Of a DNA stretch of 64,000 nt, positions 18,213 through 26,893 are shown in pieces (position 1 is the first letter of the stretch; each line of letters begins with the position of its first letter). The notes beneath the pieces were generated by a model. It had not been told where the DNA came from and made no database searches. It saw only the letters and a list, made by a program, of their open reading frames with translations. Source of the stretch: Deltaproteobacteria bacterium (GTDB taxonomy: Bacteria; Myxococcota_A; UBA9160; SMWR01); assembly GCA_032128115.1 (NCBI GenBank), contig JAQBHB010000047.1:128001-192000 (forward strand), written 5' to 3'. Both the position numbers and the translations under genes were made by a program.

Positions 18213-18899
18213 CTAGCCTTCCCGTGGAGATGTTCGCTCCTCGGCCTGCAGGATCAATTCGTCGAGGGGCACTTCGGCCAGCGACCGCAACACCCGGTTG
18301 GCATGGCGGAAGTCCAGGTCCGCGGTCATGGGCCCCGGCACCGCGATGCAGTAGACACCGGCCGCCACGGCCGATGCCACGCCATGGGGCGAGTCTTCCA
18401 GCGCGATGGATTCGTGAGGTCCCACCCCCAGAACCGAAAGGGCCTTCAGGTAGAGATCCGGGGCGGGCTTCACGGCGCTCACGTCGTCTTCGGTGACCAC
18501 CGCGTCCAGCAGATGCAGGAGGCGAAGGCGCTCCAGGTGTCCCCGGACCCACTCGCTCGGCGAACTCGACGCCACCGCCAGGCCCAGGCCGCGTTCCCGG
18601 GCGCGATCGAGACAGTCGATCACACCCACCATGGGAGGCAGCGACTCGAGGGTCCGATCGCGAATCTGGCGGCGGCGGCGCTGCAGGCCGGACTCCTCCA
18701 GGGGACTGGTTACCAGGGATCTCAGGTGCGCCAGGGGATCGAAACCCGCCCGATCGGTGCCAATGCCCTCGGACCACTTCTCGCGCGGCAGCTCGAGGCC
18801 GTGATCCAGGTAGATCTGGCACCAGGCTTCGTAGACCGGGGACTCGGTGTCCAGGATCAATCCATCGAAGTCCAGGATCACGGCTCGAATCCGGGGCAT
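18213..18899 (-). CDS. HAD-IA family hydrolase
   Basis: DFDGLILDTE, VASSS, KPAPDLY, EDSPHG. Confidence 0.92.
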   Translation of the reverse strand: MPRIRAVILDFDGLILDTESPVYEAWCQIYLDHGLELPREKWSEGIGTDRAGFDPLAHLRSLVTSPLEESGLQRRRRQIRDRTLESLPPMVGVIDCLDRARERGLGLAVASSSPSEWVRGHLERLRLLHLLDAVVTEDDVSAVKPAPDLYLKALSVLGVGPHESIALEDSPHGVASAVAAGVYCIAVPGPMTADLDFRHANRVLRSLAEVPLDELILQAEERTSPREG

Positions 18900-18912
18900 G
18901 GAGCGGTCGCCT

Positions 18913-19977
18913 TCAGTCGAGCCGGCCGATCTCGATCCGGTCGGAGCCGGCTGGCAGCGTGATCAACAGGCCGTCTTCGCCGAGGATCCAGCCATCGGGG
19001 CGTACCTCCGAGACCCCGCGCAGGAAGATCTGCTCGAGCAGGAGATTCTGGGGCGGCGGGGTCAGGTGGGTGAAGACCAGCAACCTGGCACCCGCGTCGT
19101 TGGCCACCTCGGCCGCCTCCACCGGTGTGGTGTGGTATTCGGGAATGTCCGACATCACCTTCGCAATGCGATCGCGGCCCGCCTGGTCGGCGGCTTCGCC
19201 GATCCTGGCGACCACGTGGTTGGCCTGGGCCTCGTGCACCAACACGTCGACTCCCGAGGCGGCCTCGATCACGTTCTCGCTCCGGATCGTATCTCCCGTG
19301 ATCGCGACGGATCGTCCGCGGTAGTCGAAGCGGTATCCGACGGCCGGAGACACGGGTTCGTGGCTCACCGAGAAGGCGGTGATCACCAGGCCATCCTGCT
19401 CCAGCACCCGCTCACCGCCTGAGACCACCTGCGCCCTCATCCTCCCCACCGACGCGGGAAGCAGATCCGCGCCGTGGTGGGCGATGCGGTAGCCCGCGTC
19501 GAGGGCGTAGGCTTCCTCGAAGCCCGACACGACCCGCTCCACCCCTTGCGGTCCGAAAACCCGGAGCGGATCGGGGCGGCCAGCGACCCAGGTCTGCAGG
19601 TCGTACTCGCCAAGCTCGCCGATGTGATCGGAGTGGAAGTGGGTGAGGAGCACGGCTCCAATCTTCTCGCCGGGGATGCGCCAGAGAGCCAGCTGGTTCC
19701 ACGAGCCGGTCCCGGTGTCGACCACCCAGAAGTGGCCTGCGGCGAATATCGCCGTGCAGGGCCGTGCCCGGTCGGCGGACGGGAACGGGGATGACGAGCC
19801 GCACACGAGCACCCGGAGAGCGTCGTCCTGGAAGAGTTCGTCGGGGCGGGTGCCCACCAGGCGCTTCAACGCCCTCTCGAGCAGGCCGTCCTGGACGGCC
19901 GGGATCTGGAGCAACGCGCCCCCGAGCGCGGCGATGGCAATCCCGATGGTCAATGACCACATCAGTGCTCGACGCAT
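18913..19977 (-). CDS. MBL-fold metallohydrolase (RNase Z/AtsA-like) with N-terminal anchor
   Basis: THFHSDHIG, VSHEPVSPAVGYRF, GDT, VHEA, YHT, THL. Confidence 0.85.
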   Translation of the reverse strand: MRRALMWSLTIGIAIAALGGALLQIPAVQDGLLERALKRLVGTRPDELFQDDALRVLVCGSSSPFPSADRARPCTAIFAAGHFWVVDTGTGSWNQLALWRIPGEKIGAVLLTHFHSDHIGELGEYDLQTWVAGRPDPLRVFGPQGVERVVSGFEEAYALDAGYRIAHHGADLLPASVGRMRAQVVSGGERVLEQDGLVITAFSVSHEPVSPAVGYRFDYRGRSVAITGDTIRSENVIEAASGVDVLVHEAQANHVVARIGEAADQAGRDRIAKVMSDIPEYHTTPVEAAEVANDAGARLLVFTHLTPPPQNLLLEQIFLRGVSEVRPDGWILGEDGLLITLPAGSDRIEIGRLD

Positions 19978-20076
19978 CGTTCTCCCCGAGGTTGCCGCGA
20001 ACGCTAGCGAGCCGATCTGCAGCCTGCCGGCCCGGTGTGCGGCGTCGTGTTAGCATCGCCGCCGGAGGCCCCGAAA

Positions 20077-20253
20077 ATGCCGAGAGCGAGTGCAACGGTG
20101 GTCCGCTGGGCGGCGCTCTGCACGGCTTTCTCGATTCTTTCCTGCGCGCCCGTGGGGAGCGAAGCCTGGTGTATGAGGATGAAGAACAAGCCCAAGGGCG
20201 ACTGGACCGCCAACGAGGCGGGCGACTACGCCAGGCATTGCGTGCTTCGATGA
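20077..20253 (+). CDS. DUF3012 family small lipoprotein
   Basis: ATG at 20077 after GGAGG. Lipobox ILSC followed by APVGSEAWC..MKNKPKGDWTANEAGDYARHC, the DUF3012 signature. Confidence 0.8.
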   Translation: MPRASATVVRWAALCTAFSILSCAPVGSEAWCMRMKNKPKGDWTANEAGDYARHCVLR

Positions 20254-20267
20254 GGGGGTGCGCCCCC

Positions 20268-20720
20268 ATGAGGCGATGCGCCCAGGCGCTTGCACCGGTT
20301 CTGGCGGTGCTGCTGCTGGCGACGGCCGGGCCCGCGTTCGCGGAGCCGGACACGATCACGGTGTACAAGTCGCCCACTTGTGGCTGCTGCACCCAGTGGG
20401 AGAAGCACCTGGAAAGCCACGGTTTCCAGGTGAAGTCGAGGGTGGTCCCGGACGTGACGCCGGTAAAGATCGAGAACGGGATCCCGAGTCGGCTCGCCTC
20501 CTGTCACACCGCCTTCGTCGCGGGCTATGTGGTAGAAGGCCACGTACCGGCCGAAGACGTGAAGCGCCTCCTGAGGGAGAAGCCGGCCATCGCAGGTCTT
20601 GCGGTGCCGGGCATGCCCATCGGCTCGCCGGGCATGGAGGGTCCGAATCCCGTGGTCTACGACGTCCTGGCTTTCGACAGTGACGGCCGCGTCGAAGTCT
20701 TCTCGACCCATCGACCCTGA
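20268..20720 (+). CDS. DUF411 (CopG-like) periplasmic metal-binding protein; alternative start 20250
   Basis: VYKSPTCGCC..W..HL, SCHTA, YVVEGHVPA, GLAVPGMPIGSPGME. Confidence 0.9.
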   Translation: MRRCAQALAPVLAVLLLATAGPAFAEPDTITVYKSPTCGCCTQWEKHLESHGFQVKSRVVPDVTPVKIENGIPSRLASCHTAFVAGYVVEGHVPAEDVKRLLREKPAIAGLAVPGMPIGSPGMEGPNPVVYDVLAFDSDGRVEVFSTHRP

Positions 20721-20775
20721 AGCGCGTGGTAGCCTGTACCGGGGGGCGGTCGACCTTCGCTCCCAGGAGGTTGCC

Positions 20776-21375
20776 GTGAAGATCCCCTTCTACTTCGACT
20801 ACGCATGCCCGTGGGCGTACCTGGCAAGCTGCCGCGCCGAATCCTACTTCCAGGACCTGGGTGCCGAGATCGACTTCCGTCCGGTTCGGCTCGCCGATCT
20901 GGTCGAGACGAAGGGCGAGAAGGGACTGCCCCCGGGTGATCGCAAGCGCAACTGGTACGTCTCGGATCTGAAGGGCTGGGCCGAGATGGTGGGCGCCGAG
21001 CTGTCGCTCAAAGCAGGCGGCCCCCGCCCGGACACGCGGCTGATGCTGCGCGCTGCCCTGGTGGCGCGCGATCGCGGGGCCTTCCGCGAGTTCCACTATC
21101 CGGCCTATCGCGCCCGCTGGGCCGAAGCGCGACCGGTGGACGAGCCCTCGGTGGTTCACTCGCTACTGAAAGGTGCGGGTCTCGACGCGGATGCGGCACT
21201 CGAGGAGGCGCAGAGCGACGTGCTCGCCGAGCGGCTGGACGCCAACACCCGAGACGCCATCGATCGTGGCGTCTTCGGGGTGCCGACCCTGTTCGTGGGC
21301 GACCGGATGTTCTTCGGGAACGACCGCTTCGAGCTGGTGCGCCACGTAATCGCGAAGCAGGGCAGAGGCGCCTGA
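20776..21375 (+). CDS. DsbA family / 2-hydroxychromene-2-carboxylate isomerase (GST-kappa-like)
   Basis: FYFDYACPWAYLA, GVFGVPTLFV...FFGNDR. AGGAGG SD. Confidence 0.85.
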   Translation: MKIPFYFDYACPWAYLASCRAESYFQDLGAEIDFRPVRLADLVETKGEKGLPPGDRKRNWYVSDLKGWAEMVGAELSLKAGGPRPDTRLMLRAALVARDRGAFREFHYPAYRARWAEARPVDEPSVVHSLLKGAGLDADAALEEAQSDVLAERLDANTRDAIDRGVFGVPTLFVGDRMFFGNDRFELVRHVIAKQGRGA

Positions 21376-21449
21376 CCCGGGCGGTCCCCCGGCCCCCAGG
21401 GGATTCGGCGCATGGATCACAGGACCTCTGGCGAGCCATTGGGGGCTGG

Positions 21450-21659
21450 TCTAGGATTTTCGGAGCCTAGAGAAAGGCCCTGCCCAATTCATTCCGAGTC
21501 CATATCTCAGTCTACAATCCGGTCAGAGTCGGTTTCGAAGCCAGCCGCGCGAGCATGGTGCTTGGCACGGTTCATGCGCGGTCGGGCCTCTCCCGCCAGG
21601 GAGAAGGAAAACGCGGCCGCAACGAGTTGCCTGATCGTCGGGCATGGAGTTCGCGTTAC
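21450..21659 (+). promoter_or_regulatory. Promoter and structured 5' leader of the RRM gene
   Basis: TCTAGG-N10-CCTAGA at 21450-21471, TACAAT at 21513-21518, and several stem-loops in 21545-21657. Confidence 0.45.
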
Positions 21660-21974
21660 GTGAAGAAGATCTACGTCGGAAACCTTTCCTGGGACACCAC
21701 TGAGGCCGCTCTGCAGGAGCATTTTTCATCCTTGGGCGAAGTGCATTCGGTGGCCGTCATCACCGATCGGGAGACCGGTCGTTCGCGCGGTTTCGCGTTC
21801 ATCGAGATGGATGATGCCGGTGCCGACAAGGCGATCGCCGAGATGGATGGTCAGGACTTCGGGGGCCGCGCACTGCGGGTCAACGAGGCCCAACAGAAGG
21901 AGCGCCGCGGTGGCGGTGGTGGAGGCGGTGGCGGCGGCGGCGGCGGTGGACGTGGGGGAGGAGGTCGCTGGTAA
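21660..21974 (+). CDS. RNA-binding protein (RRM) with Gly-rich tail
   Basis: KKIYVGNL (RNP2), TDRETGRSRGFAFIEM (RNP1), LRVNEA, poly-Gly/RGG tail. Confidence 0.95.
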   Translation: MKKIYVGNLSWDTTEAALQEHFSSLGEVHSVAVITDRETGRSRGFAFIEMDDAGADKAIAEMDGQDFGGRALRVNEAQQKERRGGGGGGGGGGGGGGRGGGGRW

Positions 21975-21981
21975 GGCGACC

Positions 21982-22015
21982 GAGCTCTGGGGCCCCGCTT
22001 CGGCGGGGCCCGCTC
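21982..22015 (+). terminator. Stable hairpin with cUUCGg tetraloop after the RRM gene
   Basis: GGGCCCCGC-TTCG-GCGGGGCCC (21990-22011) plus outer GAGC/GCTC pairing. No clear U-tract. Confidence 0.6.
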
Positions 22016-22098
22016 ACCTGACATTCTTCCAGACTTCCGGGTTGAACAGGTCGCGTTTGCGGGCGTGAGCGAGGTCGTCTTCCCGCCACGCCTTCCTC

Positions 22099-22341
22099 TC
22101 AGTCGCCCCCCCTTCCGCGAATCTTTGCGTAGACCCGCCCGCGGAAGAAGACCAGGGAAGCCGCGGCGAATGCGGAGAAGACAAGGCACTGGCCCCAGAA
22201 CGGGGGGTCCAGGGGAGACAAGCCGATCCCGCCCACGATCAGGGCGGAGACGCCCAGGAACGCCAGGTAGAACTCGGCGTCCACGATCATCTCCGCTCCC
22301 AGAAGAACGGAACCAAGCACGATCCATTGCCACCAGGCCAT
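22099..22341 (-). pseudogene. Truncated NfeD/YbbJ family protein (membrane part only)
   Basis: MAWWQWIVLG..LLGAEM....FYL.FLG.SA...Q..F. Stops after 80 aa, lacks the OB fold, and has no adjacent SPFH gene. Confidence 0.6.
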
Positions 22342-22499
22342 GTTCCCACGCTGCGATCTGGGAGGCTGCCGCCTCCACCATGCCGGGAAGTATCGGCAGC
22401 TACGAGGCGATCCGCCATTGCGAATCCGGCCCCGGATTGGAACGCTTGCGGGGGGGCAATCACCGCGTGGTATGGTGCGGCCACAGGAGGGTGCCTCCC

Positions 22500-23525
22500 A
22501 TGAGCGAAACCGTGAACCGCCAGTGGCTGCTTTCCCGCAGGCCGGTCGGCATGGTGAGCGAATCCGATTTCGAATACCGCGAATTGCCCCTGCCCGACCT
22601 GGCCGAGGGCGAATACCGCGTCCGGAATCTCTACGTCTCGTTCGATCCCGCCATGCGCGGCTGGATGGACGATCGACCCAGTTACATTCCGCCGGTCCAG
22701 ATCGGCGAAGTGATGCGTGCAGGGGCCGTGGGGCAGGTGGTGGAGTCGCGCCATCCCGACTTCGAGGTCGGCGACTTCGTGCAGGGACTGTTCGGATGGC
22801 AGGACTACAGCGACGCGGGCACGGGGCTCAACCAGGGCACGAAGCTCCCGCCGGGGACGTCCCTCACCTGGCCCCTGGGCGTGCTGGGTATCACGGGGCT
22901 CACGGCTTATTTCGGCCTGCTCGATCTGGGCGTGCCCCAGAAGGGCGAGACCGTGGTGGTATCCGGTGCGTCCGGGGCCACGGGCTCCGTGGCGGCGCAG
23001 ATCGCGCGCATCAAGGGCTGCACGGTCGTCGGCATCGCCGGAGGTGCCGAGAAGTGCGCCTGGCTCACGGGCGAGGCGCGCCTGGATGCCGCCATCGACT
23101 ACAAGTCCGAGAACGTGGGGCAGCGCCTGGGGGAGTTGTGTCCCCAGGGCATCGACGTCTACTTCGACAACGTGGGCGGCCCGATCCTGGACGCCGTGCT
23201 GGCGCGGATCGCCCGGCGCGCACGCATCGTGATGTGCGGCGGCATCTCGGGCTACAACGAGAAGGAGCCGCCTCCGGGGCCCCGCAACCTGATGAACCTG
23301 GTGATCCAGCGCGCCCGCATGGAGGGCTTCATCGTGCTGGACTACGCAGCGCGCTTCGGAGAGGGCATCGTGGATCTCGCACGTTGGGTGGCGGAGGGCG
23401 AGATCGTCCACCAGGAGGACATCCAGGAGGGCATCGAGAACGCCCCGCTCACATTCCTGCGCCTGTTCAAGGGCCAGAACCGCGGCAAGCAACTCCTGAA
23501 GCTGGCCGCCCCCCCGATCGTGTAG
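22500..23525 (+). CDS. NADP-dependent oxidoreductase (CurA/prostaglandin-reductase-like MDR)
   Basis: NRQWLLSRRPVG, SFDPAMRGWM, GLTAYFGL, VSGASGATGS, YFDNVGG, NRGKQL. Confidence 0.92.
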   Translation: MSETVNRQWLLSRRPVGMVSESDFEYRELPLPDLAEGEYRVRNLYVSFDPAMRGWMDDRPSYIPPVQIGEVMRAGAVGQVVESRHPDFEVGDFVQGLFGWQDYSDAGTGLNQGTKLPPGTSLTWPLGVLGITGLTAYFGLLDLGVPQKGETVVVSGASGATGSVAAQIARIKGCTVVGIAGGAEKCAWLTGEARLDAAIDYKSENVGQRLGELCPQGIDVYFDNVGGPILDAVLARIARRARIVMCGGISGYNEKEPPPGPRNLMNLVIQRARMEGFIVLDYAARFGEGIVDLARWVAEGEIVHQEDIQEGIENAPLTFLRLFKGQNRGKQLLKLAAPPIV

Positions 23526-23553
23526 ACGCCGTGCGAGACCCTCACGCGCTTCG

Positions 23554-25938
23554 TCACCGCGACGGTGGGAATCGTGGAGATGCGCCCTGTTCAACGCCCG
23601 GAGCGGATCCGGCGAACTCTACAGGCGTTCGAAGCGGGGCGGGCGTTTCTCCAGGTAGGAACTCACGCCCTCGGCGAAGTCCTTGCGGCCGAAGCTCTCG
23701 ATCATCAGCCGCACGGCCCTGGCATGGGCCGGAGCCAGGGGCTCCTCGAGGGCCTGATAGACCTGGCGCTTCATGATCTGCAGCGATGCGGGCGAGCATC
23801 TTTCCGCGATGGTGCGCACGTAGTCCTGCACGAAGGGCATCAGCTCGTCGTGGGGCAGGGTGCGGTTGACGATGCCCACGCGCTCGGCCTCGGCGCCGTC
23901 GAATTTGCGGCCCGTGAACAGCAGGTCCAGGGCATGGCCGGTGCCGACCAGGCGCGGCAGCAGCCACGAGATGCCCCATTCGGCTACCAGGCCGCGCTGC
24001 GCGAACGCGGTGGTGAAGACTGCGCGATCCGATGCGAAGCGCAGGTCGCAGCCCAGCGCGATGGGCAGGGCCATGCCGGCGCACGGCCCGTTGATGGCGG
24101 CGATCACGGGCTTCCGGATCGTCATCAGATAGGTGTAGGTGTGGCGGAAGCTGTCGAGCTCCGGATCGCCCGGCTCGGCGTCGAGCTCGCTCACGTCTTC
24201 CGCCTCGCGGTCGCCCTCGCTGATTCCCTTGAGCCGCTGCAGATCCGCGCCGGCGCAGAAGCCTCGGCCGGCCCCGGTGAGTACGATCGCCACCACCTTC
24301 GGGTCGGCCTCGGCCGCGGCCATGGCGTGCTTGACCTCGGCGCCCATGCGGTCGGTCCAGGCGTTGAGGCGATCGGGGCGGTTGAGGGTGACCGTTGCAA
24401 TGGGGTCGTCGACCTGGAAGAGGATCTCCTGATACACGGGCTTCTCCTTGGGCGGATTCGCGGCTCGCGATTCGCTCGACGAGCAGCGTGCGTTGAATCT
24501 GATTCGTGGCGGGCGTGCGCGGCAGGCTGTCGACGCACTCGAGTCGCCGCGGTTTCTTGAAGGAGGCCAGGCGACCTTCGCAGTGGCTCTGCAGGTCTTC
24601 CAGGCTCGGGGCCGCACCCGCGGCGGCGACGACCACGGCACACACCACCTCGCCCCACCTGGGATCCGGCAGGCCCACGACGGCAATCTCCAGCACGCCC
24701 GGGCAGCTGGCGAGCGCCTGTTCCACTTCGCTGGGCGCCACCGTCTCGCCCCCGGTGCGGATCACGTCGCGCAGGCGGCCCGTGATCGAGAGATGGCCCT
24801 CGTCGTCCAGGGCGCCCAGGTCGCCGGTGCGGTACCAGCCGTCCTCGAGCGCGCCGGCGGTGGCCTCGGGGTTGTCGAAGTAGCCGTCCATCAGGTAGGC
24901 GCTGCGCACGCAGATCTCGCCCGCGTCGCTGAGGCGAAGATCCACCCCGGGCGCCGGCGGGCCCACGCTGCCTGGCTTGCGAAGCACGTCCGCGTCGGCC
25001 AGGGCGGTGCCGGCTCCGCATTCGGTGGAACCGTAGTAGACGCGCGTAGCGGTGTGCGGGAGGCGTTGCTTCAGTGCCGCGATCAGCTCGGGAGGCGTCG
25101 CCGACGTTCCCGTGTCGGCTTCGCGCAGGCTCGAGAGGTCGTAGCGGGCGAGGTCGGCCTCCAGGATGCGGGCCCACACGGCGGGAATGCCGTAGAAGCG
25201 GTTGGCGCGGCGCTTCTGGATGGCGTCGAGCAACGCGTCGGCGGTCGCCGACTCGACGAAGGTGATCTCGCCCCGGGTCTGCCAGGCGGCCAGAGCCAGG
25301 GTGAACGCCGCCATGTGGAACAGCGGGAACATGCAGACCGAGCGCTCGGGCACATCCCGAAAGATGCCCTGGAACGTGCGCAGGTAGTTGGCCCGGTGCG
25401 ACAGCACGACGCCCTTGGGCCTTCCGGTGCTTCCGCTGGTGAAGAAGATCACATGGGGATCGGTCTCGCAGATCGGTGCGGGGGCGATGGCACCGTCACC
25501 GGCCGCGGCCGCCTCGGCGTGGAAGTCGATGCCCGGGCCGGATTCTCCGCCCAGGCGGGCGAAGCGCGGGATCTGGGCCGCCTTGGCCACCAGCTCGCCG
25601 GCTTCCGCGCGGCGCGCATCGGTCACCAGGAGGTGGGCCCGCGCCAGCCGCGCCACGTCGGACGCCTCGTCGGCTCCCAGGCGCGCATTGATGGGCGCGA
25701 ACACGGCGCCGAGCTTCGCCAGGGCCGCGAAAAGCGGAAGTACCTGCAGGGAGGTGTCGGCCCAACAGACCACCCGATCGCCGGAACGGATGCCCCGATC
25801 GGCCAGGACGCGGGCCAGTCGATTGCTGGCGCGATCGAGCTCCCGATGGGTGAATTGGTCATTTCCCATGGACGCTGCGACCGCATCCGGGACCACTCGA
25901 GCATTGCGCCGGAAGATCTCCCCGATCGTGAGCGACAT
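23554..25938 (-). CDS. Acyl-CoA synthetase; homology ends near 24450 but the frame stays open across the hydratase gene
   Basis: FFTSGSTGRPKG, YYGSTE, WYRTGDLG, GRLRDVIRTGGE, LPRTPATNQIQR. No stop until 23554. Confidence 0.8.
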   Translation of the reverse strand: MSLTIGEIFRRNARVVPDAVAASMGNDQFTHRELDRASNRLARVLADRGIRSGDRVVCWADTSLQVLPLFAALAKLGAVFAPINARLGADEASDVARLARAHLLVTDARRAEAGELVAKAAQIPRFARLGGESGPGIDFHAEAAAAGDGAIAPAPICETDPHVIFFTSGSTGRPKGVVLSHRANYLRTFQGIFRDVPERSVCMFPLFHMAAFTLALAAWQTRGEITFVESATADALLDAIQKRRANRFYGIPAVWARILEADLARYDLSSLREADTGTSATPPELIAALKQRLPHTATRVYYGSTECGAGTALADADVLRKPGSVGPPAPGVDLRLSDAGEICVRSAYLMDGYFDNPEATAGALEDGWYRTGDLGALDDEGHLSITGRLRDVIRTGGETVAPSEVEQALASCPGVLEIAVVGLPDPRWGEVVCAVVVAAAGAAPSLEDLQSHCEGRLASFKKPRRLECVDSLPRTPATNQIQRTLLVERIASRESAQGEARVSGDPLPGRRPHCNGHPQPPRSPQRLDRPHGRRGQARHGRGRGRPEGGGDRTHRGRPRLLRRRGSAAAQGNQRGRPRGGRRERARRRAGRSGARQLPPHLHLSDDDPEARDRRHQRAVRRHGPAHRAGLRPALRIGSRSLHHRVRAARPGSRMGHLVAAAAPGRHRPCPGPAVHGPQIRRRRGRARGHRQPHPAPRRADALRAGLRAHHRGKMLARIAADHEAPGLSGPRGAPGSGPCQGRAADDRELRPQGLRRGREFLPGETPAPLRTPVEFAGSAPGVEQGASPRFPPSR
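23619..24437 (-). CDS. Enoyl-CoA hydratase/isomerase
   Basis: GTG at 24437 with an AAGGAG SD. TLNRPDRLNAWT, GRGFCAGADL, KPVIAAINGPCAG, EGVSSYLEKRPP. Confidence 0.92.
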   Translation of the reverse strand: MYQEILFQVDDPIATVTLNRPDRLNAWTDRMGAEVKHAMAAAEADPKVVAIVLTGAGRGFCAGADLQRLKGISEGDREAEDVSELDAEPGDPELDSFRHTYTYLMTIRKPVIAAINGPCAGMALPIALGCDLRFASDRAVFTTAFAQRGLVAEWGISWLLPRLVGTGHALDLLFTGRKFDGAEAERVGIVNRTLPHDELMPFVQDYVRTIAERCSPASLQIMKRQVYQALEEPLAPAHARAVRLMIESFGRKDFAEGVSSYLEKRPPRFERL

Positions 25939-25984
25939 CGAGAACAGCATGACGGAACGCATTCGCTTTTGCGAGTATCCAAGC

Positions 25985-26893
25985 GTGGCGGATCGCATCC
26001 AGGTTTCGGTGACAGTCTCGGGGCTGTCTCAGCTGTTTCCCGACGGGCTCCAGGGGCTCCTGGAGGCGGCTCGCATCGCCGACGATTCGGGCGTCGACCA
26101 GATCGCGATGCCCGATCATCTGGCCATCGGGCCCCGAACCGATCGCTATCCCTATGGCGCCTTTCCTTTCGGGAACGGGGAACCGTGGCTCGAGCCGCTC
26201 ACCGCGCTCGCCGCCATGGCCGGCGCGACGCGTCGCATCCGCCTGGCGACCAGCATCCTGATCGCGCCGCTGCGACCGGCCCTGCTGCTGGCCAAGACGC
26301 TCGCGACCCTGGACGTGGTGTCGGGGGGGCGCGTCGATCTGGGGGTGGGCACCGGCTGGCAGCGCGAGGAGTTCGAGGCCGCCGGCGTGCCGTTCCGCGG
26401 CCGGACGCCGCGCATGGACGACACGCTGCGCGCGTGCCGTGTCCTCTGGAGCCAGACGCCGGCGTCGTTCGAATCGGAGACCGTGCGTTTCGCGGATCTG
26501 ACGTGCCTTCCCCAGCCGCTGCAGAACGGGGGCATTCCCATCTGGATCGGAGGCGGCCTGACCCGGGGCAATCTGGCGCGACTCGTGGAGTACGGAGCGG
26601 GCTGGATGCCGCTCGCGGACCTGGGCGCGATCCGTTCCGGTGTGGCGGTTCTGCGCGACGCCATGGCCGCCGCCGGGCGCGATCCCGACACCCTGGGTGT
26701 TCGCGCCAACGCGCCCGCGCTCCGCAACGCGGAAGGCCGCGTGGACCTGGCGGCAACGCTTGGGGGCCTTCCCGTCTTGCAGGAGGCTGGCGTTACGGTG
26801 GCCGCGTTCGCGCTGGCGCGCTTCGCACGCCGGCCGGCGGACGTGAGGCCGTTTCTCGAGAGGCTCGGGCGGGCGGGCGTTAGCGCAGGATGA
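25985..26893 (+). CDS. LLM-class F420-dependent oxidoreductase (TIGR03619-like)
   Basis: MPDHL...YPYG.FP.....WLEP, RLATSILIAPLRP..LAK..ATLD..SGGRV.LGVG.GW.REEF. Confidence 0.82.
   Translation: MADRIQVSVTVSGLSQLFPDGLQGLLEAARIADDSGVDQIAMPDHLAIGPRTDRYPYGAFPFGNGEPWLEPLTALAAMAGATRRIRLATSILIAPLRPALLLAKTLATLDVVSGGRVDLGVGTGWQREEFEAAGVPFRGRTPRMDDTLRACRVLWSQTPASFESETVRFADLTCLPQPLQNGGIPIWIGGGLTRGNLARLVEYGAGWMPLADLGAIRSGVAVLRDAMAAAGRDPDTLGVRANAPALRNAEGRVDLAATLGGLPVLQEAGVTVAAFALARFARRPADVRPFLERLGRAGVSAG

Noticed and set aside
20173..20267. Possible metal-sensing leader peptide or tmRNA-like tag (ANEAGDYA) before DUF411
   Set aside because: It is the C-terminus of a DUF3012 lipoprotein starting at 20077, and there are no tRNA-like ends.
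21908..21966. GGC/GGT repeat as a contingency locus
   Set aside because: It encodes the ordinary Gly-rich tail of RRM proteins, with mixed codons.
22099..22101. Selenocysteine read-through of the NfeD TGA
   Set aside because: This is not a Cys/Sec position, no SECIS is evident, and homology is lost a few codons later.
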